Source: Octopus bimaculoides (lineage: Eukaryota). From it: a stretch of DNA of 33,478 nt. The notes beneath the pieces are model-generated. The model was given only the letters and a program-made list of their open reading frames with translations. It ran no database searches and was not told the DNA's origin. Location of the stretch: NCBI RefSeq assembly GCF_001194135.2, contig NC_068996.1:44580250-44613727 (forward strand). Direction: 5' to 3'. This document shows positions 1-10,313 of this stretch, in pieces. Numbering within the stretch: the stretch's first letter is position 1; each line of letters opens with the position of its first letter. The position numbers and the translations under genes are program-made.

Positions 1-55
<55 letters not shown>

Positions 56-56
56 A
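1..56. repeat. (TA)n microsatellite
   Basis: Directly visible perfect TA run followed by TACA. Confidence 0.98.
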
Positions 57-341
57 CCATCATGTTTAAAAGTTTCAGAAAATCAGAGTAACCACTCTGT
101 ATAAATGATACATTTTAGTGACTAGTTTCATTTGTAAATTAATTGTACGTGATAATATACTTTTCGTTTGATGTTATATCTTAGCGAAGAAGCAGTGATG
201 TTTAACTGAATGAAGGTACTTAACAGTTGCAAGCAACTCATTTTTATGTAATATTTTTCAATCTGTCTATCGTTAGCAATTGAACACTTAGCTGTTCTTG
301 GTGTTAATGTGTGTGTATATCTCGTTTCCTACTATCTAATA

Positions 342-794
342 GTGTGCTCTTATGCACCAAGGGCTTATAAGAGAAACTAAAAATTCTAATAATGCAGTAT
401 TCAGTTTTCTAACAAGACATCCAGCTTCAGTTCGAATAAAAATTCCATATTTTGGTACTAATACTGCTTCCATAGCTAATAATTAATTTTAAGGAACCTT
501 ACTGGCTATTCGCAACGTCAGGGTCTGAGAAGGTTCTGATCTTCAGTATATCATATCATAGCACCGAAATTTGACTGGCATGCGGTAACTGGAGGACTCC
601 CACTGAGGAAGTCCAATAAACCGAAATCATGTGATATGCTAATTCAGCCATCCACGACAGACATTTCCCGTACGCTATGATCTGTGTGTGTGCCTTTATG
701 CAACAAGCGCCTATATGAAAGCATCTCTCAAGGCTAATACACAGTATTTAACTTCTTAAAAGACATCCATGTTCAGTTCGATATAAAGATTACT

Positions 795-800
<6 letters not shown>
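342..800 (+). repeat. Degenerate ~110-bp direct repeat (342-453 and 687-800), possibly Penelope pLTR-like
   Basis: gtgtgctcttatgcaccaagggcttataa...aagacatccagcttcagttcgaataaa aligns with gtgtgcctttatgcaacaagcgcctatat...aagacatccatgttcagttcgatataaa. The second copy ends at a (TA)n run. Confidence 0.75.
603..636 (+). other. Degenerate minimal hammerhead-like motif
   Basis: CTGAGGA(603-609)-agtccaataaacc-GAAA(623-626), then near-palindrome ATCATGTGAT and A. Helix II is poorly paired. Confidence 0.3.
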
Positions 801-831
<31 letters not shown>

Positions 832-1169
832 ACTTTACGTCTAATATAGGATAAAATGTTTTCAAAAATCTCATCAAGTGGCAAGCATATCAAAATACCT
901 TTAAAGGTGAAAATTATAAACAATTATAAATAAGGGCAAAAGAAAAAATTCTATTCCAATATGCTGAGAAATAGACTTTAAATCGTCAATCACCACATAC
1001 AATATACATCACTATGAATACAATATACATACACATTGTACTGAATCGAGGAAAGCAAGCTAACAGAAGTTTTTAAAATGTGTTATCTCTATATTGAATC
1101 AATCTCGGAATCAATCCAACGGATTTTCCTTTTATCAGTAGAGAATACGATAAGAAATAAATGAAATAC

Positions 1170-1200
<31 letters not shown>

Positions 1201-1203
<3 letters not shown>

Positions 1204-1486
1204 AAATTAAAAATGGAAGATGGAATATACGAGAATTTATTATTAATCACAACAATAGTTTCGACACATATAGCATTGATCCCTCACAGAGAAGTTACAT
1301 TGCGGAACTGTTATTTTAACGAGTTGTATTTATTCACCACCCGATGAGATACATCTGCCCTGCCGGATGCTCCTGAATCAGTTGTTAAGTGTCCCACCCT
1401 TGAGGAATTGATGCTAGATGTGTCGAAACAATTGTCCTGATTAATAATAAATTCTCACATATTCCATCTTCCGTCTTTCATTTACC
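1201..1486. mobile_element. Palindromic non-autonomous element (MITE-like, or inverted Penelope pLTR pair) in TA context
   Basis: About 85-bp imperfect inverted arms (left gataaattaaaaatggaagatggaatatacgagaatttattattaatcac; right is its reverse complement ...attctcacatattccatcttccgtctttcatttacc), with TATA on both sides. The core and right arm recur at 14121-14345. Confidence 0.75.
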
Positions 1487-2139
1487 ATATACGTAACGAT
1501 CACCGTGAAAGTGACCGCGCTTTACAAGTATGCTACAAGGTGTAAACCATACGTTTTATTATCCAATATATATATATGCGTGAGTGCATCTATATGCATG
1601 TATAAATATATATGTATATGTGTATGAGTGTGTGTGTGTGTGTGAATGCGTGCATTTGTGCGTTCGTTGAATGTATCTTTCCTTTTTGGTCTCTTAATCC
1701 AGTTTCAGATACATGCGAGGTGTTGTTTGAACTCAGAGTTTTTGAAAGCATTTTATATTATTAAAAAAAAAACATAAATAAGCAAATACACTTTCACAGC
1801 AGAAACAAAATATTGTTAAAAATGTACGCAATTCATTAATCAAACGAGATGTTGCATAATCTATGTACCTCTGTATATTAGGGCCTATTTGTATGTTCGA
1901 TGCAACTCTGTGAGAGTTCGTGTTTATACTGGTATTTGTATTTTACATGTATGTTCAAACATCAATATTTACGGTAATTTTCATAAAATTTATTTATATA
2001 TGATACTCACACATACAGACAAACACATCACATACACTCACACATACACTCACACATACAGACAAACACGTGTGTGCATTTTGGTGATTGCTTAGTTTCA
2101 TTAATTTTTCTATGTATACATATATGTATACACAGACAT

Positions 2140-2152
2140 AATATTGATCTAT

Positions 2153-2210
<58 letters not shown>

Positions 2211-2330
2211 GTCTGTCTGTCTATGTATCTGTCTATTTATCTATCTACCTCCGTATATATATATATATATGTATGTATGTGTGTGTGTGTGTGTGTATGT
2301 ATTATATAATATATATATATACATATTTAA
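2140..2330. repeat. Compound (TATC)n/(TGTC)n/(TA)n/(TG)n microsatellite
   Basis: Directly visible. Confidence 0.95.
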
Positions 2331-2430
2331 GATTTTATATGTATGTCTGTATTATGTACATAATATAAACACGCAAAAACACATACATGCACATGAACAC
2401 ATACATACACACGCGCGCGAACACACACAC

Positions 2431-2581
2431 AGGTGATCGTAGCATCCATTAACAACGACGCAGCCAAATCTTTTGATGACGTATGCCTCTCTCTTATGAA
2501 TTTGTGGATGACTCTTGATTTGTAAATATCTGATGAAAGCAATGTAGCCTCCTTCGATATTTACATACATTTTGCTTATGC
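2431..2581 (-). CDS. Candidate internal exon (G)ISKMYVNIEGGYIAFIRYLQIKSHPQIHKREAYVIKRFGCVVVNGCYDH
   Basis: Acceptor ctcgtattccag|gc. The frame is closed by TGA six codons upstream and open across the exon. Phase-1 start matches the phase-1 end of the 6251-6392 candidate. The donor (ct|gtgtgt) is weak and merges into a microsatellite. Confidence 0.35.
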
Positions 2582-2734
2582 CTGGAATACGAGTTTCCTC
2601 TCAAAACTTCATGCTTCTACAAACTCTAAGAGCACTTGTGGAGGAAGAAGGTGTGCAGATCGCCTTTTATATTTTCAAGAACTGATGCACTGATGTGACA
2701 TTTTTCTTAAACGATCAGTAGCCAATATTATATT

Positions 2735-2945
2735 TGCGAACTGGCAGAATTATTATCCCAACGGACAAAGTGCTTGGCGACATTTCGTGTGTCTTTGCGA
2801 TCTCAGATCAAATTCTGGCGAGGTCAGCTTTGCCATTCATCCCTTTCAGTATCGATAAAATAAGTACCAGTCAAACATTGGAGTTCGATGAAATCTATTT
2901 ATCTCTCCCCTAAAATTACTGGCCTTGTGCCAAAATTTAAAACCG
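2735..2945 (+). mobile_element. tRNA-derived SINE, family 1
   Basis: A-box-like tggcagaat, B-box-like cagatcaaattc, and body ctttgccattcatccctttcagtatcgataaaataagtaccag...ggccttgtgccaaaattt. Related copies at 12612, 16501, 16691 and 30374. Confidence 0.85.
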
Positions 2946-3419
2946 AAATTGTATTTGAGATTATCGTAAGACCCCGATTCTTCTCAGCTTGCTCTGATTC
3001 GACTTACGATGAGTAGTTTTACCGATAAATTGGACGTACCGTAAAACGATTCTGTGAGATTACTATCGTATACTATATCCACTATGAACGTTCCCCAACT
3101 GATCTTTTGTCGACCTCCTGTGATATATACTCCTGATGATTTTAACGCGTATATTCTTCTATTATATACGTACCTGCTCAACTGAAACTCTGCCTGTAGT
3201 CAATCTTCATTAAACACCTAGAACATACTCGCTTTTTTTTTAGTTGTGGTTCAAGCTTGAGTTTAGGCTGGTAGTCAATCTGAGTGATAATTACGTGTGC
3301 CTATTATCTTACGTTATCAGACGGAATATTACACCACATACGCACGCATATGCACTTGTGTCTCTACAAATACCATACAAAGATTATTGTATGTACAAAC
3401 GCGAATATGCTAACGCATT

Positions 3420-3545
3420 CACATTGTGTGTGACTGTATGTGCGTATGTGTGTACGTAGGTGTGTGTGAGTGTGTGTGTAAAATGCATATAGATATATTT
3501 GTAGATAAATATTCATATACAGAAAAGCATGTAAATTGATGTATA

Positions 3546-3636
<91 letters not shown>

Positions 3637-3791
3637 GTATGTGGGTGCGTGTGCACGTGTGTGTGTGTGAATGTATATCTATGTATACATATATAATAAT
3701 GTGTATATATATAGTACATATAGATGCATATATGTACTCACATATATATATCATATATATACATATACACATATGCATATATATATATATT

Positions 3792-3862
<71 letters not shown>

Positions 3863-4089
3863 TGTATGTTCTGTATATAAATACATATAAATATTTATAT
3901 GCATACATATACATACATGCACGTAAGTATATAAACTGTATGTGTGTACATGAGTGCATCGATGTATATGTCTACAAATATTACTTACGTATGCAGCAGA
4001 CTTTATACATTTGCACAAGTGCACGTACAAGCGCACATATACGCGTATTCATACGCACACAGATACACACCGAGCCGTATACACACACA

Positions 4090-4176
<87 letters not shown>

Positions 4177-4226
4177 TTATATATAAGTGGTGTATGAGAG
4201 AGTAATGGGAAGGAGAAAAGGAGGAG

Positions 4227-4280
<54 letters not shown>
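3420..4280. repeat. Large compound (TA)n/(CA)n/(TG)n/(GA)n microsatellite field
   Basis: Directly visible; explains all overlapping YIYI/HTHT ORFs. Confidence 0.95.
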
Positions 4281-4695
4281 AATAAAGAGAGAAGGCAGCT
4301 TAATGCATCACATGATCATAGACGGCCTTCAGATACATATGAGTATAGGTACATATGTGTATAGCACAGGTTGATAATTGTTGCTTGCTGCTATTGTTAA
4401 CGGCATTAAAACTAATATTTTAAATATAATTTATCAGAAGTAGTTGCTAATCAAGGGGAGGAAAGTATATATTTAGACACTTCAAGCTAACGTTAGAAAT
4501 ATTCTCAGATATTCACTAACATATATTCTCATCATCGTCATAATCACCATCATCATCATCATCATCATCCTCATCATCATGAACAACATCATCATCATTA
4601 TTGCTAGCACCGTTATAGCATATGACTTTCTAGTGTATGTACACATATATCTACATCATGCATACATACATACATACATACATACATACATACAT

Positions 4696-5653
4696 ACAGG
4701 AAATGTCAAATAAATACATGGTGCACAAATGGATAGAGATGCAGGAAAAAGCCGTGAAATGTGACAACCGATGCAGACTTTGTGTAGTTCACACCGAAGT
4801 TATCACCTACATCATAAGCAGTTGTCCTAAAATCTCACGACAGTGTTTTCTACCGATGAGACATGACGTTGTAGATAGGACACTCTATAATGAAATCCGT
4901 CGGAAGGATAATCCCGAGGACAAAGAAATAAAAACCCACAATATAGTAGAAGTCATAGCCACTCAGAATAAAAAGGAATATTGGTGGAATGTACCAGTGA
5001 AGACCTCAATAAAATGTAAGCACAACAGACGATATAATGATTTGGGATAGAGAAAAGAAACTGTGCATAATTGTGTAAATTAACTGCCCAGCGGATGTTA
5101 ACATAAAACTGAAGATCAGTGAAAAAGACAATACCTATGCTGAACTATTGAGAAATCTGCAGTTACTCTATCCAAATTACAAGTTCAGGTTTATACCTGT
5201 AATTATTGGGGCCCTGGGATATGTAACACACTGCTTAAATAACAATCTTGAGAAATTAAGCTTCTCAAAATCAGAAAGGAGAAAGCTAATTCGAAAAATA
5301 CAGATCGAGTCCATCACTGGAACTGTAAAAATCTTTAAAACTTTCCAGAAGTTCCACATTTAAGTATATATGAGCATGTTTAGATATGCAACTATATGCA
5401 TGAGAATACATACATAAAACATACAAATCTCTACAAACATACATACATACATACATACATACATGCATACACACACATACACACACATATACAAACACAC
5501 ACACATACATACATACATACATACATACATACATACATACATACATACATACATACCCTGTTGATGTTGAAATTCCAATGAAGAAGCCTTGGATTTAGAT
5601 TAGAAACCGGTTTTTTCTCTATTAGCAAGAATCTTGAAATAAACTGAATAATG
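4696..5653 (+). mobile_element. 5'-truncated R4/Dong-like RLE non-LTR retrotransposon, family A copy 1
   Basis: CRLC..TE.ITYIISSC knuckle, RHD, frameshifted (RP)DIMIWDREKK..CP..K endonuclease and IPVIIGALG, stop at 5361-5363, then 3' UTR. (CATA)n on both flanks. Alignable to 31414-33037. Confidence 0.9.
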
Positions 5654-6250
5654 ACATACATACATACGTAGATACATACGTACATACATACATACATACA
5701 TACATACATACACTGAAAAGGTTGCAAAAGCAAGGAAATTTTTGGAAGACAGACACAAAAACAAATAATAATAAATGAATGGAAATTGAACCGGCCAGTG
5801 TGTTGAGATATAAAGGCAGTATGAGTCTCCCCAAACATAACAATGCACACAGACAGACAGTCAGACAGACAGACACACACACACACACACACACACATAT
5901 GTATATATATGTTTGTATGTATATGCGTGTATGCGGGAGTGTGGATGTATGTCTGTATATATGTATACGTATATTTATATGTATAAATGTCTAAATATAT
6001 ATGTATTATGTTACGTGTATGCATGTAAACACCTATGTGTATATGAGGATGAGGTTGCGTACACACACACACGCACACATATATATACATGTGTGCGTGT
6101 GTGGGGGTATGTGTGTATGTATGAGTACGTATATACACATATATGCTTGTGTGAGTGTGTACACATGTAGACGTTATGACCGCAGGAGGTTCATGTCTAT
6201 GTATTATGAGAATATGGTTGTCTGCATTTTTATCTTTTTTCCTTTTCTAC

Positions 6251-6392
6251 CTATTAGAGTAACTTCCCTTTTGTTCAACAGTTTTTCATCGCGTCTGTTG
6301 CCATTAATAGCCGACGAGAATGCATCGTAGATCTTCGCTCCGACATTCGAAACTCCTAGTACTATAATGATTACAACTTTATACTGTTTGTT
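6251..6392 (-). CDS. Candidate internal coding exon NKQYKVVIIIVLGVSNVGAKIYDAFSSAINGNRRDEKLLNKREVTLI(G)
   Basis: Acceptor ttttataatttag|aac and donor atag|gtagaa. 142 nt; only one frame is open and it opens exactly at the acceptor. Non-repetitive, protein-like composition. Confidence 0.55.
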
Positions 6393-6579
6393 CTAAATTA
6401 TAAAACACACACACACACATGGTTGCATGGTTGTGGTTGTCTATTCCTTATGCAGAATCTGACCACCTCCTGTACCTACACATTAGATTCATCATGGCGT
6501 CTGAAGTGGCTCCTTAAATCAGACAATATATTGATAAGACACCCAGATAGATTGCAAGTCCAATTTAGACCACCAAGAG

Positions 6580-6686
6580 CTTACCGTTGTCAGTGTTTGT
6601 GCACCAACAATATCTCTTTCTGATGGAACTGTAGGACAGTTTTATGATGAGGTAGTACAATTATTGAGGAAAGTACCAATTTCTGA
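6580..6686 (+). mobile_element. RTE-clade APE endonuclease fragment (inverted copy of 7033-7143)
   Basis: Translates LTVVSVCAPTISLSDGTVGQFYDEVVQLLRKVPIS; near-identical to the reverse complement of 7033-7143. Confidence 0.85.
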
Positions 6687-6689
6687 GTA

Positions 6690-7860
6690 CTTAAATTCTG
6701 ATCTTTGGATAGATGTCGGAGGTTCGTTTTTCATGGGTTCTCAAATGAGATTTGATACCAGCAAAAGAAAAGCATATCTTTCATATCACACTTTCTGATC
6801 AAAAATATAATCTATGAGATGCCAGTCCTTAGATCTTTGGTGCATCCAAGTGATTTTATATTTATTTTTCTCCTTAAACAGAGTTTTGGTAACAACCAGA
6901 TTATTCTCAGTACAAAGCGTCAAAAGCGCTACGCCATTTTAAATACATTTTCCAATCCCATGTCGCCCTAAAACAAGCCACAAAATGTAGTCATTTCCAA
7001 CTCTTGCGTTGAAATCTTCCAATTTGACCAGCTTGTCAGAAATTCGTACTTTCCTCAGTAATTGAACTATATCAACATAAAACTGTCCTACAGTTCCATC
7101 TGAAAGAGACATTGTTGGTGCATAAATACTGGCCACGGTAAGGAACCTACCTTTTGTCAGTTTTATACAGCATAACATGGTTCGTTCAGTAAACCAACAC
7201 CAGATTCTCTACACTGACCATCAGGTAGGCCTATCCAGAAGATAGTATATCCATTTATTTGACCCTCAACAGAGAGACGAGTTTCAGAGAGCGCAACTAT
7301 ATAAAGGGAATATTTTTAAAGCTCACATGCAATAAGTGCAGTACGCCTTTCTGGCCTCATGTTGAAATCTTGAAGATTGTTTGACAACAGTGGCAGGATG
7401 ACGACCGGGCTCACTCGGACATCTGCTGAGCCAGACCTGTTCCCTTGACATTCCCAAGGCTTTTTTGCCATTTACTGAATCTGTTTGAGACATTTCAGAG
7501 TAAGTTGCAAGTGCATTTATAGGTTTCTGCCAACCAGTTCAATGATGTTACTAAGATTTGGTACACAAGAAGTACCTGTGCAGGTGAATAATTTTCTGTA
7601 GGTGTAGCTTACACTGCACTACTCCCACCTATTTTGCTCAAGAAAATTTTCACTGGTGTAACATGAGAATTGACAAAACCGGGAACTCCAAAGCCTCAGT
7701 TTTTATTTTGGAGATTTCCTTCTAGATAGATTACCAACCAAGGTTAAAGAGCTTCTACCTGCACATGAGATAGGATATTCCGTGCCAGATACCAAACCGA
7801 CACACAAACGCTCCGCAGAGTGGTTAAATATCATTCCAGTGTCCGACGCGGAGCAACTCA
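6690..7860 (-). mobile_element. Internally deleted RTE-clade LINE: 5' UTR, APE domain and C-terminal SHLRTH motif, no RT
   Basis: RPERRTALIACEL, VALSETRL, GYTIFW, ASIYAPT, DFNARVG, GRHGIGKC, TWMHQRSKDWHLIDY, then a jump near 6795 to KICFSFAGIKSHLRTH. RTE-type 5' UTR motif ccttggttggtaatctatctagaagga at about 7716-7745. Confidence 0.88.
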
Positions 7861-7992
7861 TACATACATACATACATACATACATACATACATACATACA
7901 TAGATACATACACATAAAAACGATACATATGTATTTACAACATATTTATTGAATTTCCGGTGACTAGTCATGACTTCCTCTGTTCTATATAT

Positions 7993-8212
7993 NNNNNNNN
8001 NNNNNNNNNNNNNNNNNNNNNNNNNNNNNNNNNNNNNNNNNNNNNNNNNNNNNNNNNNNNNNNNNNNNNNNNNNNNNNNNNNNNNNNNNNNNNNNNNNNN
8101 NNNNNNNNNNNNNNNNNNNNNNNNNNNNNNNNNNNNNNNNNNNNNNNNNNNNNNNNNNNNNNNNNNNNNNNNNNNNNNNNNNNNNNNNNNNNNNNNNNNN
8201 NNNNNNNNNNNN
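7993..8212. other. Assembly gap
   Basis: N run flanked by (TA)n. Confidence 1.
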
Positions 8213-8252
<40 letters not shown>

Positions 8253-8364
8253 CAAAATTATTTTGGTCCACACGGGTAGAAATATAGGAAAAATAGAAGT
8301 TGAAAATGCAATGAGAATAGTTAAATCATTTTTTACTAATAAATTTTAAACTTTACACTGATTT

Positions 8365-8945
8365 TAACCATCAGGAGGCAGTGTGCCGAATGACATCGCT
8401 GCATTTACTTCACAAGTTGCAAAGTTTGTGTTTTTGTGATCACATATATGCTGTTCTCTGCAATTTTGTCATGGACAGGAACAAAGAGCCAACGTGAAAT
8501 TTTTGCGTTAAACTTGGGAAGTCTGCTACAGAGACATTGAGCATGCTTCGACATGTTTATGGCGACGAGGCAATGAGTCAAACACAATGTTTGGAGTGGC
8601 AATATTTCTTCACCGATCTCTCCTCACTTGAGGGTTTCTCGCCAGAAACGATATAGTATCGCTTCCGGACCCGCTCTTTACGCCAGATGTATCACCTGCG
8701 GATTGCTATGTGTTTGCTAAGATGAAAATTCAACTCAAAGATTGCCTTTTTAACACCATTCTCGAGATCCAGAGCGAATCGGAGAAGGTCTTTGATTCTC
8801 TTAGGGAAAACGACTTCCAGGACGGATTCCAAAAGTGTGAGAAACGCTGGAATCGTTATATTTCTGCGCAAGGAGACTATTTCGAAGGAGATGATGTTAA
8901 AACTTTGGAAAATAAGTTATAACTAGTCTAGGAACTTTTTCCACG
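8365..8945 (+). mobile_element. Internally deleted mariner-type transposon
   Basis: N-terminal [33 protein letters not shown] (ATG at 8471, frameshifted) joined near 8610 to C-terminal FLARNDIVSLPDPLFTPDVSPAD (degenerate YSPDLAPxD)...RWNRYISAQGDYFEGD. Right-TIR-like ctaggaacttttt; left TIR not seen. Confidence 0.88.
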
Positions 8946-9141
8946 ATGGAAACTTCCTAATCGCTTCTTCAGAAAATGTTCATGTGTTGATTAAACATTT
9001 CATTGAAGTGCTTGTCTTTGAATCTAGATGGAAGGAAATTTCCTGAGAATGTGAGCGGTTGATGAAAACACAATTTTCTTCAGTTTCATAGATTGTCGGT
9101 TTCTCATGGATCTTTACTCTTACTCTTTTTGCGCTTTTACT

Positions 9142-9531
9142 TGTTTCAGTCATTTGACTGCGGCCATGCTGGAGCACCGCCTTTAGTCGAGCAAATCGAC
9201 CCCAGGACTTATTCTTTGGAAGCCTAGTACTTATTCTATCGGTCTCTTTTGCCGAACTGCTAAGTTACGGGGACGTAAACACACCAGCATCGGTTGTCAA
9301 GTGATGTTGGGGGGACAAACACAGACACACAAACACCCACACACATATACATATACATATATATACGACGGGCTTCTTTCAGTTTCCGTCTACCAAATCC
9401 ACTCACAAGACATTGGTCGGCCCGAGGCTATAGTAGAAGACACTAGCCCAAGGTGCCACGCAGTGGGACTGAACCCGGAACCATGTGGTTCGTGAGCAAG
9501 CTACTTACCACGCAGCCACTCCTACGCCTAT
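9142..9531 (-). mobile_element. tRNA-derived SINE, family 2, full length with internal CA/TA repeat
   Basis: Minus-strand head has A-box TGGCTGCGTGG and B-box GGTTCAGTCCC; highly similar copies at 15773 and 28545. Confidence 0.9.
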
Positions 9532-9584
9532 CTGATCAGTTTTTTTTTAAAATCATCATCATTATTATAACAAATATCAGTAAT

Positions 9585-9805
9585 CTTATTCAAGGACCTT
9601 TTGCGTAGAATGGGATACTCAACCTGAAGAAAAGTCTAACTGGGCCCCCACCTGCAAAGTCATGCGCTGTTTATCTTGATATGAGATCACCATGTGTCGC
9701 GCACATATGGTTGTGATGCATGTGCCTGGTGTACCATTGTCAAACAGGTAGCTTTGTATATCTTACCCCAGTGTCACTTTGATGGCATGCATTGCTCTCT
9801 CACTC

Positions 9806-9849
<44 letters not shown>

Positions 9850-9870
9850 TAATAATAATAATAATAATGA
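9585..9870 (+). mobile_element. AAT-tailed non-coding retroelement, family E, short 5'-truncated copy
   Basis: Aligns with 11440-11660 (cttattcarggaccttttg...cccacctgcaargtcatgcgct...gcacatatggttgtgatgcatgtgcctggtgtac) and ends in (AAT)n at 9806-9870. Confidence 0.8.
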
Positions 9871-10313
9871 TTGAAATAACCTTCGTCTCTCAGGAGGTAT
9901 GAACGTTTCTGTTAAGACTACTACTTTGGAAAAGTAGAAACCTCTCAGTATGCAGAAGGTTTGATTTAGGTGAAATTTGCGTAGGTGTATTTCTTCTGTA
10001 ATCGTGTGCAGAATTGCAGATAATATTACAAAATCAAAGTTATTATTATTAATGGGTGTTCGGGATGCATCAGCAAATAAGCTATATAGACTTGCTATCT
10101 ATGTTTGTGGGATCATCTACATTCAGTTGAAACTGAACCAAGACAATTTTCTCTACCTTAATTTCATGGGTAGTGTACATGATCATGTATATAAATTTTC
10201 ATTAATGTCGCTTCTCGCTGACGTGTCAGTACAACGACGTGCTGCTGTATCGAAGATATTTCTGCCTGAGAACATATTATAGATGTTTCTGCTGATGTTA
10301 ATAGATAAATTAC

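Noticed and set aside
849-885. Minus-strand cttgatgagatttttgaaaac, vaguely hammerhead-like
   Set aside because: No pairable helix II or III; too degenerate to call.
3174-3217. 44-nt segment on - with a strong donor (cag|gtacgt) and ttctag acceptor
   Set aside because: Stops in all three frames. A 20-nt sub-exon is open but incompatible in phase with the 2581 exon; insufficient support.
1889-6170. Many 60-235 aa ORFs rich in YI, HT, CV, LSIY and MYVC
   Set aside because: They are translations of TA, CA, TATC and TACA microsatellites, which lack stops in some frames.
9977-10282. 101-aa plus ORF, and a minus 10157-10265 segment with AG/GT ends
   Set aside because: No recognisable motif in the plus ORF. 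The minus segment has stops in all frames and would need an implausibly short intron from 10314.
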